IMG/VR virus record: IMGVR_UViG_3300032335_000453
Span: 1 to 40,827 of that record
DNA length: 40,827 nucleotides
Strand: one strand, 5' to 3'
Source: a virus
Taxonomy: Duplodnaviria; Caudoviricetes
Below, piece by piece: positions 1-9,163 of the stretch; within the stretch, counting starts at the first letter, position 1, and the number at the start of each line of letters is the position of its first letter. Both the position numbers and the translations under genes were made by a program. The notes beneath the pieces were generated by a model. That model was given only the letters and a program-made list of their open reading frames with translations. It did no database searches and had not been told where the DNA came from.

Positions 1-28
1 GTTGGGCTGGGGAACTTTGATTGTTCAT
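1..28 (-). CDS. 5' end of the next late gene, truncated by the window edge (MNNQSSPAQ...)
   Basis: ATG at 28 after an AT-rich spacer downstream of the tail gene; frame is open to position 1. Confidence 0.4.
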
Positions 29-72
29 AGGAATTTTACTTATAGATATATTTGTTTATTCTTGCAATACTT

Positions 73-2274
73 TTATCCATTGACAGACGAAACGGCAGTA
101 GATAGGGGAACAATTCTGTAATAATCCAAGTCATTAATAGGACAGCAATTTACTGGCTCTGGACTATTATAAAATGTATCAGGGCAATAGCCTTGGGGTA
201 AATCAATCTTGTCATTAAAAATGATCGCCAACCTTACCCTATCAACAATACAAGACCCCTCTAGGTTGATTTTTAATTGAAACTCCGAACCTTCTTGTAC
301 GGGTATCTCATTAAATAATTCACACTTATCAATATCTGGAGATGGGAATCGTATTTGCTGGTATCTTGGCTGTGAAACTATTGGAGAGCAATTATTTGTA
401 ACTGGCGAACAAGAACTTAACCCAACCTTAATTGGGTCTAGCAGGGGATTAAAACAAGCATAGGAATCAGGGCGAAAATCACAACTTGCAGTAATCTGCT
501 CCTTGAGATTAGAAACCCACATTTCTCCACCAACTAATTGCTTGCGAACAAATTTTGATGCTCCGGGGTTGGGCGTGAAATCAAATCTTTTGGTTATGAA
601 GAAGGACTTGATAGGAACGCTACCATATACTTGCGAGTAATCATCAACCCCTGTAGCCAAGACGCTACTGTTCTGAAGTTCATAAAGTCGGTTAACACCA
701 TCTGCATCAAACGAAAAAGCAAATCCACGTTGGACTCCATTGATTTGAGCCGAAAGAAGTTGCGTTGGCTGTGGCCCTTCCCATAATCCATTCCAGCGAG
801 TCGGAAGAGAGGCATCAGCCTCAATCTTGCTTGGCAATTCTACATCCAATACAATCATTGCCCTGCTTGGTCTATGTAATCCGTAAGATGGATTAGAATT
901 AGCAACTGTAAATGGAGAGACTGTAGCAATTAACCTATTGTCAAAAAACATCGCTGATTCAAATTGCCTCAACCAAGGAGTGTCATAATTTACCCAAGGC
1001 TGAACTTCTCGGCTAATTTTCTTAAATGATAGTGCTTGGTAAAAGTCAACTTGTGCGTTGTTATAAAATGCCCATCCATCATCAGAACGGAAATAAACAT
1101 CATTGTTTACTCCTGTAATACTCCAAGGGGAGCGGCATCCTCTTCCAATCAATGATACCTTTTGGATATTGCTTAATTGCCAACTCGTTCTGTTTTGCGA
1201 CAAATCAAGAGTAAAAGATCCGTTTTCACAGAAAATAACCAACTCTCCCTGACCTCTAACATTGATATTTAAAGATGGCATTACTCTCATTCCTGTAATC
1301 AATCCAAGATTAGCTGGAGGAGTAAATGAACCACCTTCTGCCCAATATGTTTGTTCTGTAAAATATTGAGTATTAGTAGTATCAGTAAATCCGTTTCCGT
1401 AAATAATATCAGAAACATAGATATTGTTTTGTGCGGTACTTACTGCAACCCTGCCATAAGCATATGCCATGATAGTTCCAATCGGCATTTGTTGGGCCGC
1501 TGGATTCAAGCGGAAGGCATTACTCGGTTGTTCTGGTGTAGCTGTAGCAGTAAGAACTGTGGTCGTTGCAACATTTGACCAAGGCGTAGAAGATTCATCA
1601 GGATAAATAGACCTTACTCTAAGAGAATATTTTGTTATCGATGCGGGAACACTATATGTATAGTAGTTTTGCGCGTATGGGATGGTCGCAAAAGTTGCAA
1701 ATATATTGTCATCGTATTGAACTTGTAATTCATTAAACGTTGCTCCCGTAGCATTGTTTTCCCAAGTTAATTTTATTCCAGAAGAAACTAGCCCTTGTGC
1801 TTGAAGATTTGTTGGTTGACCAGAAATATTCCCATTCCAAGCAATAGGATTTTGATAGCCGTTTTGGATGTAAACCCAATTTTCTGCTTGCACAAACCAT
1901 GTGTGCATAAGTGTTGGGTCATTGCCAGAAATAATAGGATACAATGTGCAAACATTGTTTACTATAGACAGAAAGTAAATAGTTCCAGCCACAGAGCAAA
2001 TAATGCCATCAACACTACCGGGAGAAATAGCCCTATAAGCTAAAGCCCCTTGGAAGTTTCCTGTTTGGAAATCCGTTAAAACAGACAGATCATATCCATA
2101 TGCTAGATTAATCTGTAAGTCTGCAAAGGGAGGCCGAGTGCCATTTACTGACTGCCTAAATGAACGATTTACACAAGACGAAACATATGTTGCTGGCAAT
2201 ACACTTGGATGCGTCTCGGCATCCATAGCGACTGTAGCAATTGTTCCATCATAGACTCTTGTATCATTAGCCAT
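73..2274 (-). CDS. tail nozzle/stabilization protein (P22 gp10 / T7 gp12-like beta-propeller) with an inserted FN3 domain
   Basis: 733 aa, beta-rich; GRGCRSPWSITGVNNDVYFRSDDG and KISREVQP resemble podovirus tail tubular/stabilization proteins; lies in the late operon. Confidence 0.7.
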   Translation of the reverse strand: MANDTRVYDGTIATVAMDAETHPSVLPATYVSSCVNRSFRQSVNGTRPPFADLQINLAYGYDLSVLTDFQTGNFQGALAYRAISPGSVDGIICSVAGTIYFLSIVNNVCTLYPIISGNDPTLMHTWFVQAENWVYIQNGYQNPIAWNGNISGQPTNLQAQGLVSSGIKLTWENNATGATFNELQVQYDDNIFATFATIPYAQNYYTYSVPASITKYSLRVRSIYPDESSTPWSNVATTTVLTATATPEQPSNAFRLNPAAQQMPIGTIMAYAYGRVAVSTAQNNIYVSDIIYGNGFTDTTNTQYFTEQTYWAEGGSFTPPANLGLITGMRVMPSLNINVRGQGELVIFCENGSFTLDLSQNRTSWQLSNIQKVSLIGRGCRSPWSITGVNNDVYFRSDDGWAFYNNAQVDFYQALSFKKISREVQPWVNYDTPWLRQFESAMFFDNRLIATVSPFTVANSNPSYGLHRPSRAMIVLDVELPSKIEADASLPTRWNGLWEGPQPTQLLSAQINGVQRGFAFSFDADGVNRLYELQNSSVLATGVDDYSQVYGSVPIKSFFITKRFDFTPNPGASKFVRKQLVGGEMWVSNLKEQITASCDFRPDSYACFNPLLDPIKVGLSSCSPVTNNCSPIVSQPRYQQIRFPSPDIDKCELFNEIPVQEGSEFQLKINLEGSCIVDRVRLAIIFNDKIDLPQGYCPDTFYNSPEPVNCCPINDLDYYRIVPLSTAVSSVNG

Positions 2275-2303
2275 TGGAGTTTAATCCCCACTAGAATATA
2301 TTC

Positions 2304-2723
2304 TTATTTTAGAATATCAGGCCAAGTTAATTTAATCTCAGGCAGGGTGTTGGGGAGGAGGATCTTGGTGACATCACGTAGTTCCTGTTTCTGGACTGCA
2401 ATAGCGGATGCCTTCACGCTGTCTTCAACCTCGATGGCCTTCATGTAATCGACATCCAGCTTGGATAGGATCGGCTTCCTCGCCTCGCGGAACTTGTCGA
2501 GGTGGATCGACTTTGCCTTGTCGATGTTGACCTCTGCGCCTGATTCCTCGGAGTAGTCGTAGGCGTTGAAGTAGTCGTTATCTAGGTCGAGGCTATTCAC
2601 GATTTTGTAGGGCGTGTCGGCTGGGACATCCTTTTCGGCTATCTGCTCAATAGGTATGGATAGATCTGCTGGAATTATAACCGCGACTTGTCCATTGGGT
2701 TGTTGAAATGTTATAAATGACAT
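2304..2723 (-). CDS. tail fibre assembly/chaperone-like protein
   Basis: Follows a fibre-tip gene; IAEKDVPADTPYKIV and REARKPILSKLDVDYMKA...KQELRDVT resemble fibre-associated chaperones. Confidence 0.6.
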   Translation of the reverse strand: MSFITFQQPNGQVAVIIPADLSIPIEQIAEKDVPADTPYKIVNSLDLDNDYFNAYDYSEESGAEVNIDKAKSIHLDKFREARKPILSKLDVDYMKAIEVEDSVKASAIAVQKQELRDVTKILLPNTLPEIKLTWPDILK

Positions 2724-2826
2724 ATTAATATTTACTTCTTGGTTATTAAAAAACTATATTTAAAATTAAAATATTTTAGATTAGCTTTTCGGTGAACATG
2801 AATAGAAATCGGTGATGAATGGCATA

Positions 2827-3177
2827 TTAGTTTCCGAAGATGGCTACGTGAACGGCAGAATCATCTCCAACTAACCCTGTGTTTGAGTTTCTGACACCAA
2901 TTTGAATACTTGAACCCGTTTGTGTTGCTATGGTTCTCCCCATTGTTGCGGCTGAAAAACTTCCCCCGTGAATTACAGAATAATTCGCATCTGCCATAGC
3001 GGTTTGAAAGTTCACCGTGTAGTCGCCTGTGCCGTTTTTTGTGACAGACGAGACGTTGTATGAGGAGCGGATTGTCTGGGGTTGCCCAATGGTTCCTGTT
3101 CCATTAAAATTCACCCACGCTTTGCAAAGCTGAATTGGGTTTGTTAGATTTGTTAAAGTTGAAAGATTAATTGGCAT
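2827..3177 (-). CDS. stand-alone tail fibre tip domain protein
   Basis: KAWVNFNGTG...SYNVSSVTKNGTGDYTVNF is a common podophage fibre C-terminal motif; start moved to ATG 3177 (MPINLST) just after the upstream stop. Confidence 0.65.
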   Translation of the reverse strand: MPINLSTLTNLTNPIQLCKAWVNFNGTGTIGQPQTIRSSYNVSSVTKNGTGDYTVNFQTAMADANYSVIHGGSFSAATMGRTIATQTGSSIQIGVRNSNTGLVGDDSAVHVAIFGN

Positions 3178-3182
3178 ATATA

Positions 3183-4049
3183 TTATCCTAGTATTACTGA
3201 CCAAGTTGTTCCAGTAAAGAAAAATGTTACTTGCCAATTGGAAACATTGCCAATGAAATTTTGAACAGAACCTTGCAATGTGCTTCCAGAAGAAGGAGCA
3301 ACAGTAAGATTATTTGTTCCCCATGAATAATTAGAATCAGCAACAGTAACAATAGTTCCAGTTGCAGGAGCCGGAGGAAGTGTTAGCGTCCAAGCTCCTC
3401 CAGATGTGTTTGCAGCAATTCGATCTCCAGCAACCGCTTGATAATTACCAGACTTTTGAACATATCCGGGGTTTAAGGTTGGAGCTACAGCCACAGGATT
3501 TCCAAGTGCATCAAAAGATACATACTGACCAGATGTTCCTGTAAGCTGATAAACAGTATTTGCAACCAGTGCGCCATCATTTACCGATCCTAATTTGTAA
3601 ACAATTCCTTGATTTGGAAGAATGCTCTCAATGGTTCCCCAATTTGTTGTTGCGCCACTTGGGTTAACAATAGGAAATTGAGTTTGTGTAGAAACGCTTG
3701 GCTTGAAAGTAACAAGTTGTCCAGTGGGAGTAGTTGCTTGAAGTTGGCAAGAAGAAGAGGCTGTTGCTTGACCAGATCCATTGCCAAGAAAAATTGGGGT
3801 TCCTACAGACCCATCAGCCCAGCTTAGAATTGCCGTAGAAGCATTGTAAAACAAGATGCTATTAGATGCCAGTGTGGGAACGGTGTATTTGCAGGAGCTA
3901 GAATCCTCGCCAACTACACGAACAATTGTTCCCGCGCCTAAAGATGTGCAAGTTGTTGGGAAATTAGGGTTACAGGCAGGAGGTGCGTATTGAACGGTTC
4001 CTTGGCAACCGCATCCTCCATAACTATTATTATTGCATCCGCAAGACAT
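3183..4049 (-). CDS. tail fibre/virion protein with Cys-rich N-terminus
   Basis: G/S/T-rich; C-terminal AGDRIAANTSGGAWTLTLP...NNLTV domain resembles the T4 long-fibre proximal repeat. Confidence 0.6.
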   Translation of the reverse strand: MSCGCNNNSYGGCGCQGTVQYAPPACNPNFPTTCTSLGAGTIVRVVGEDSSSCKYTVPTLASNSILFYNASTAILSWADGSVGTPIFLGNGSGQATASSSCQLQATTPTGQLVTFKPSVSTQTQFPIVNPSGATTNWGTIESILPNQGIVYKLGSVNDGALVANTVYQLTGTSGQYVSFDALGNPVAVAPTLNPGYVQKSGNYQAVAGDRIAANTSGGAWTLTLPPAPATGTIVTVADSNYSWGTNNLTVAPSSGSTLQGSVQNFIGNVSNWQVTFFFTGTTWSVILG

Positions 4050-4091
4050 ATATTGGAAATTTGTAGGGTAAATTTATAGTTCAGTCAACAC

Positions 4092-5042
4092 TTATACTTG
4101 AATACTCCAAGTTGTTCCATTGTAAAATAATACAACAGAATAAGAGCTTACGTTACAAATAAGGTTATCTACCACACCATTGATAGTATTAGCACCACCG
4201 GGAGAAACGGTAAGATTGTTTGTGCTCCAATTGTTTCCACCATCACCTATGGTAACAATGGTTCCTGATGCTGGAGAAGTTGGAAGAATAATTGTAAATG
4301 CTCCCCCCGTGGTATTAGCGGATATGCGATCCCCAGCAAGGGCTGTATAGGCAGATGTTCTAATTAACCAAGCATTTGCTCCTACACTAGCAGATAAGCC
4401 TGTTGGTGTAACAGATCCAGCGGCTACACTATTTGCTGTTGTTGCAGTTGTGGCTAGTGTAGCAGTTGCGGCATTGCCATTAATATTGGTTGACCAAGTT
4501 GGTGCAGATGCTCCGTTTGATACAAGAACCTGACCAGATGTTCCAGTAGCCGTAAATGAAGTTGCCCCTACTCCTGTTTGATAAGGAATTGATCCAGCAG
4601 TGCCACCCACGATATTTGTTGCCTGTGCTGGAGTCCCCCATGTTGGAGAGCCAGTTCCTCCAGAGAGAAGTGATTGACCACTTGCTCCAGCGACGGTAAA
4701 TCCAGTTGTGCTTGGTGCTATTTGATATGGTATTGATCCAGCCACACCTCCAATAAGTGCCGTTCCAGATGCTCCAACTGTTTTAACAAGTTGTCCTGTA
4801 GAAGTAATGCCAGCAACGTAGGTTACACTAGGGCCATTTACTTCTTGGATATTTGGCAAATAAACAGGAGCTTGTGCTGACCCATCACCCCATCTGGTTT
4901 TGCTTCCATCATAAACTAAAAATGATGGATTAAGGGGGATATTTAGCCGTGTAATTTGGCTTCCGTTTTGCCAAAGAATAGGAGCTACACCCTGAGATAC
5001 AGGAGGTATAATGCTAATTGGCACTAGAGGAGGGCAGGGCAT
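4092..5042 (-). CDS. tail fibre protein
   Basis: Repeated GGxAGSIPYQ...GQxLxSxG..PTW fibre-shaft units; same C-terminal domain as 3183..4049. Confidence 0.65.
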   Translation of the reverse strand: MPCPPLVPISIIPPVSQGVAPILWQNGSQITRLNIPLNPSFLVYDGSKTRWGDGSAQAPVYLPNIQEVNGPSVTYVAGITSTGQLVKTVGASGTALIGGVAGSIPYQIAPSTTGFTVAGASGQSLLSGGTGSPTWGTPAQATNIVGGTAGSIPYQTGVGATSFTATGTSGQVLVSNGASAPTWSTNINGNAATATLATTATTANSVAAGSVTPTGLSASVGANAWLIRTSAYTALAGDRISANTTGGAFTIILPTSPASGTIVTIGDGGNNWSTNNLTVSPGGANTINGVVDNLICNVSSYSVVLFYNGTTWSIQV

Positions 5043-5043
5043 A

Positions 5044-5319
5044 TCAAGCAAATGAAGATACAGGAACTAAAACAAGCGTTCCCTGTGCTGTTACACCAAC
5101 AACAAATTGAATATTTGCTTTTGTAGTTTGTTGCAAAAATGGAAGGGAAATGGGGTTTGTATTTGATCCATCAGCTACAACAAAGTTTTGCCCATTCCAA
5201 GTTTGCAAGGCAGGATTAGCCCCCGGCACAATAGGATAATCGTTTCCACATCCGCTATAACTTCCATTATAGGGTGGCAGATAAGAGTTATTGCAACATT
5301 GTGATTGGGGAAATTGCAT
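5044..5319 (-). CDS. small virion protein, paralogous to the N-terminal part of the two downstream fibres
   Basis: Shares the DGSxxxPIxLP...GxTxxGxLV motif with 4092..5042. Confidence 0.5.
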   Translation of the reverse strand: MQFPQSQCCNNSYLPPYNGSYSGCGNDYPIVPGANPALQTWNGQNFVVADGSNTNPISLPFLQQTTKANIQFVVGVTAQGTLVLVPVSSFA

Positions 5320-5349
5320 GAGTTGTTACTTTATATCATGTAGATAGTT

Positions 5350-5976
5350 TTACACAAGCGTTTTGCTTTCACAGTTTTCAACCATCTGTGCCTCTCTTTC
5401 TCTTCTATCAATCAATCCGTCTACACCTTTCCCGAACCACAACCTCTTCATGCTTCTGATCTTCCTTGCAATAGCATGATAGTTCTTTTGTGGAACAAGA
5501 TTCTTGATGTCTCTCATTTCAGACCTTGACTCACCAGACAGGCTAGACCCTCTGTTGAAGATAAGCGATACCAAGGCACCATAAGCATCATCACACAAAT
5601 CATTGCTACCTTGGAAAACATTGTCTGTGAGCTTTGAAAACTTTACCCATGTGGTATTAAGAAAAATCTTTTGGGCTTGGTTCCAACTCACCTCAATTCC
5701 TGCTTCTCGCAAAACTTTTGTGTATTCCTTTCCAGCCTGCCCTGTTTTTCCGGCAGCCCCACAAACAAGATTAATCTGATTTAATGGAAGGAAAGAAAAC
5801 AAGCTCTTGAGTTCCTGCTTGGTATAGTAAGCGCAATCAACCCCGATCCCAATGGTAGGGCCAGATTGAAGTCCGGGCCAAGTGAACTTCTTTAAAAACT
5901 TGTTGTAATATGACTCCCCACCTCCAACCTCAAAATCGTAGATTAGTTTTAAGGTGTTTTTAGATGGAAGTCTCAT
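5350..5976 (-). CDS. endolysin, lysozyme-like muramidase (GH24/pesticin C-terminal-like)
   Basis: LIYDFEVGG...SGPTIGIGVD, ALVSLIFNRG and GLIDRREREA motifs; adjacent to holin and spanin candidates. Confidence 0.8.
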   Translation of the reverse strand: MRLPSKNTLKLIYDFEVGGGESYYNKFLKKFTWPGLQSGPTIGIGVDCAYYTKQELKSLFSFLPLNQINLVCGAAGKTGQAGKEYTKVLREAGIEVSWNQAQKIFLNTTWVKFSKLTDNVFQGSNDLCDDAYGALVSLIFNRGSSLSGESRSEMRDIKNLVPQKNYHAIARKIRSMKRLWFGKGVDGLIDRREREAQMVENCESKTLV

Positions 5977-6283
5977 AACCAGACTCTTTAGCGTTGTGTG
6001 TTAGATTTTCCCTAATTTCTTCAACACGAGATACTACTTCTTGAATTTGGTTCGTCCCAACCTTCCAATCATAGACTAGCCGACCAGTAACCATAAATAT
6101 TACGATAGCTCCTGTGATATAAAGCGTATTTGTCGTGATGGAAACAAACCCTGCGTATGCTTCTGGTGGCAAAGAATAAAAATGAGCTATTGACCAACGC
6201 CAGCTTATCTGGATGAGGATAATACCTATCAGCGATATAAGGAAACGCTGGCTTACAATAGGCTTTAGAGCAGGAATCGCCAT
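5960..6283 (-). CDS. putative holin
   Basis: 107 aa, two hydrophobic helices, charged C-terminal tail; overlaps the endolysin start. Confidence 0.55.
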   Translation of the reverse strand: MAIPALKPIVSQRFLISLIGIILIQISWRWSIAHFYSLPPEAYAGFVSITTNTLYITGAIVIFMVTGRLVYDWKVGTNQIQEVVSRVEEIRENLTHNAKESGYETSI

Positions 6284-6633
6284 GATGTTTTAATCCCAAT
6301 ATACAAAACAACACATAAGATTGCTGAAAGTGCAATTAAACGCCATGTCCATAGCTCTTTGAGTGCCTTTACTTGCTTTTCATGCCAATAGGAAGCATCA
6401 CTTTGCGCCTTGGCTAGATCCTTAGATTGCTGGTCAACCTGAGACTCGTATGTATCTACTGCGGTGATTAAATCTTTAATTGCCGCATCTCCTGCGGGAT
6501 TTGTAATATGCGGCTTAAGCCTTTCAATGCCTGTCTTAACGGCTACAACAGAAGGAGCGGTGTATTTTACAGGCTCTTTTGATGCACATCCAATAAGAAG
6601 TATAGATGCACAAACAATAATAATATTCTTCAT
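6265..6633 (-). CDS. putative spanin (lipoprotein with C-terminal TM helix; u-spanin architecture)
   Basis: Signal peptide with lipobox LLIG-C, helical middle, C-terminal TM LIALSAILCVVLYIGI; sits in the lysis cassette. Confidence 0.6.
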   Translation of the reverse strand: MKNIIIVCASILLIGCASKEPVKYTAPSVVAVKTGIERLKPHITNPAGDAAIKDLITAVDTYESQVDQQSKDLAKAQSDASYWHEKQVKALKELWTWRLIALSAILCVVLYIGIKTSWRFLL

Positions 6634-6815
6634 TTAAGTAGTTTTCTTACGCCAGCGTAAATTGCTATCAAGCCAGCGCATAACGAAACAAGCAAAGTTA
6701 GGTTTTGAAGCCAAATATGGGTTGCGTCAAAGAAACTAATAACAAGCGATACCAACGAAACAATTGCGCTTGTTGGGCCAACTTCTGTATTGGTAACAGA
6801 GGAACCGTTGCTCAT
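6630..6815 (-). CDS. small two-TM membrane protein (holin/antiholin-like)
   Basis: 61 aa from ATG 6815; two hydrophobic segments and basic end RKLLK. Confidence 0.5.
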   Translation of the reverse strand: MSNGSSVTNTEVGPTSAIVSLVSLVISFFDATHIWLQNLTLLVSLCAGLIAIYAGVRKLLK

Positions 6816-6816
6816 C

Positions 6817-7305
6817 TTAAATATAAGCAATATTAACAGCTAATTCGTTGGCAGAAATAGCCGTATTATCGTTGTCTGCGTAATTGGCAGTCATACGGTA
6901 TCCGATTCCAAGATTGAAATAGAGAGAAATAGACGGCGCAATTGTAACAGTTTGCGAAGGATGTACAACCAGCGTCAAAATAGGCGTGTCTGAAGAAGTT
7001 GGCGTAGTCGCTTTATTATAGAGCTTCAAGAAGCGATTAACATTTCCAGTTCCAATATGATATACTGAAAAGAAAGGAATAGACCTTGCTCCAGTTGCTA
7101 CCAGAGTATCATTTGTAGTAGCGGCAGATGTGGCGTGATAATATGAAGAAACGCCAGCAACGGCAGGGACAGCAATGACAGGAACAGGATTGCCAGCATC
7201 ATTAGATATTTCAATTCCACTAGCTATAGAATTAAATAACTGCCACCTCTGCTCATCGGCAGTTGTGTCAATAAAATCAGGAAATGAGAGAGGTGTAATT
7301 GACAT
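6817..7305 (-). CDS. virion structural protein (beta-sandwich)
   Basis: FLKLYNKATTPT...YFNLGIGY motif seen in phage structural proteins; late operon. Confidence 0.5.
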   Translation of the reverse strand: MSITPLSFPDFIDTTADEQRWQLFNSIASGIEISNDAGNPVPVIAVPAVAGVSSYYHATSAATTNDTLVATGARSIPFFSVYHIGTGNVNRFLKLYNKATTPTSSDTPILTLVVHPSQTVTIAPSISLYFNLGIGYRMTANYADNDNTAISANELAVNIAYI

Positions 7306-7317
7306 AAGAAATTAGTG

Positions 7318-7542
7318 TTACTTTGTATTTAGCAGATAAGCAAGGGATATTGCAATATAAACAATAGCTCCTGTAATATCTTCGTTTTTTATACCTTTAC
7401 GCGAAAGCTCTGTGCGAACTTCTTGGTATGCAATCTGAGTTAAAACTACTCCATTATAAACATTGTCGCGAGTAACCAATACCCGTTGTTTTGCAATTGG
7501 GTAGCACTTGATTAAAAGCGAAATGTATTTAAGGAATTTCAT
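7318..7542 (-). CDS. hypothetical protein
   Basis: ATG 7542 overlaps the upstream stop (ATGA); 74 aa MKFLKYISLL... Confidence 0.5.
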   Translation of the reverse strand: MKFLKYISLLIKCYPIAKQRVLVTRDNVYNGVVLTQIAYQEVRTELSRKGIKNEDITGAIVYIAISLAYLLNTK

Positions 7543-7718
7543 AGGACGGGATACTGTGAGGCGTAGGAGTCTGCGGCGCGGGAGAGAACCCATGCCAGAT
7601 AAGCCTCGTCGGTCTCAAACGGAGCTTCCGACTCGGAGGGAGGGTTAGCGTTGTGCGCAAGACGGGCGGCTGTAATGCCTCGGATTTGCTCGTCTGTGAA
7701 ATCAATCGTTAGAGTCAT
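7539..7718 (-). CDS. small fibre-associated protein (59 aa, not in ORF track)
   Basis: Translated by hand: MTLTIDFTDEQIRGITAARLAHNANPP...YASQYPVL; coupled to both neighbours. Confidence 0.55.
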   Translation of the reverse strand: MTLTIDFTDEQIRGITAARLAHNANPPSESEAPFETDEAYLAWVLSRAADSYASQYPVL

Positions 7719-7875
7719 TTGATTCGGAGGGTTCGGGTTTGATCGCGGCGGCTATGGTTTCGATTGCCTGTTGTATGGCGATGAATCCTTGCCGGGAGAT
7801 TGCGTTGATGTTGCGAGGCTCCAGAGCTTCGCTAATGAGTTGCAGGGCTTGTTGGGGTGTCATTGGGTTGTTCAT
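7702..7875 (-). CDS. small fibre-associated helical protein (57 aa, not in ORF track)
   Basis: Translated by hand: MNNPMTPQQALQLISEALEPRNINAISRQG...; starts 5 nt after the fibre stop. Confidence 0.55.
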   Translation of the reverse strand: MNNPMTPQQALQLISEALEPRNINAISRQGFIAIQQAIETIAAAIKPEPSESNDSND

Positions 7876-7879
7876 AGAA

Positions 7880-9160
7880 TTAGATAAGAGCTATGGTTGC
7901 GGAGCGGGTCGTTCCGTCCGATCCGCGATATTTGATGGTAAGGGAGGTGTTGCTGGTTGCCTCAAAGGCCAAGTCGCCATTCGTCGCCAGCGTCACCGAG
8001 GAAGCAGGAAGCAGGATTGGCTGGGTGAGCTTGAGAAGGTTGCCAGATGCTCCCGTGCCGTTGCCTGTTGCGGTCAGAGTAAAGATGCCGCCCGTGGTAG
8101 AGGTGATGTCGAGTCTCCTCCCGTTACTGGCATCAGTGTAGGTTCCGTAGAGACGGAAGGTCTGAGCATTCGTGCCGTTGCGCTGGGCAAGCGTGTTGGC
8201 TGCGTCTCTAGCTAGGACGGTATCTGCTGCGTTCTGGAGTCCTGTTCCAGAGACCCATCCAAAAATTGATGCTGCTGGAAGATTCACTCTGTTTGCCGCA
8301 ACAAGGAAATGAGCAGCTCCATTGACGCTAGTTTGTAATGCGTTCCCTAGACCGCCAGAGGAATAACCTATGCCAGTAGGAGAAACATGATCTGCGCTGT
8401 TTAGGCTAATTGCTCCATCTTTTCGGACAACAAACCGACTCGTGCCGCCTGTCTGAAGTTCAAGCAGGCGACTCGATCCCGCACTCGCCGTATCGGTGAT
8501 GTTAAGCAGGATGCCCCTTGCAATTCCCGTGGTGTTCCAAGTGCCCGACAGATCCAGCAACGGGGTCGTGTTCGCTCCCGTGACGCTGTAGCTCGCTGTT
8601 AGGGCACTCGTGTTCGCGGCGGCGGTGATCGTCTGGCCTGCCGTGAAGGAGTTGGCAGAGGCGATCAGGGGGACGTTTGCAGATAGTCGTGCGTCAGGAA
8701 CCGATCCAGCAACAAGCTGTCCGTTAGTATCGACTGCAAAAACAGAATTTGTGTTGCGTCTAAAGTCTAAAAATCTTCCAGCTGATGTTGTTACGTTTGA
8801 GCCGTTAATTCGTGCAAATATGAGTGTCGATCCAACCCCGCTCGTATAGTTCCAGTCATGGTCAATAACCAGAGCGTTTACGTCATTCCCGAAAAATGCA
8901 GGAGTCGGAACTAGCTTGAGCGTGGGAAATCCGACCTCCCCTCCGTTAAGCACATTTGAACCACCAGATCCGTAAAAGTATCCTGCTCCTACTGCATTGA
9001 ATTGAACATCGTCGGTCGTATTAAGCGACTGATCGAATGTCTGAATAGTCGGCTTATTAAGGATCTCCGCGACTCCGCTAATCGCGTTCCAGTCGGAGTT
9101 GACTTGGGCGGCTCCTGTTTGGTCTAGCTTTCCAGTAAGCGGATTAAAAACAAATGGCAT
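7880..9160 (-). CDS. fibre/receptor-binding protein
   Basis: MPFVFNPLTGKLD start, QVNSDWNAISGVAEILNKPTI, QSLNTTDDVQF and DTVLARDAANTLAQRNGTNAQTFRLY are recurrent phage fibre motifs. Confidence 0.7.
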   Translation of the reverse strand: MPFVFNPLTGKLDQTGAAQVNSDWNAISGVAEILNKPTIQTFDQSLNTTDDVQFNAVGAGYFYGSGGSNVLNGGEVGFPTLKLVPTPAFFGNDVNALVIDHDWNYTSGVGSTLIFARINGSNVTTSAGRFLDFRRNTNSVFAVDTNGQLVAGSVPDARLSANVPLIASANSFTAGQTITAAANTSALTASYSVTGANTTPLLDLSGTWNTTGIARGILLNITDTASAGSSRLLELQTGGTSRFVVRKDGAISLNSADHVSPTGIGYSSGGLGNALQTSVNGAAHFLVAANRVNLPAASIFGWVSGTGLQNAADTVLARDAANTLAQRNGTNAQTFRLYGTYTDASNGRRLDITSTTGGIFTLTATGNGTGASGNLLKLTQPILLPASSVTLATNGDLAFEATSNTSLTIKYRGSDGTTRSATIALI

Positions 9161-9163
9161 AGA

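Noticed and set aside
3177-3237. Programmed -1 frameshift fusing fibre 3183..4049 to the tip domain
   Set aside because: The overlap is open, but A TTT TTC is not a canonical slippery heptamer and a good ATG lies just after the stop
2304-9160. Diversity-generating retroelement or invertible fibre cassette
   Set aside because: No reverse transcriptase or invertase, and no near-identical TR/VR pair or inverted crossover sites seen
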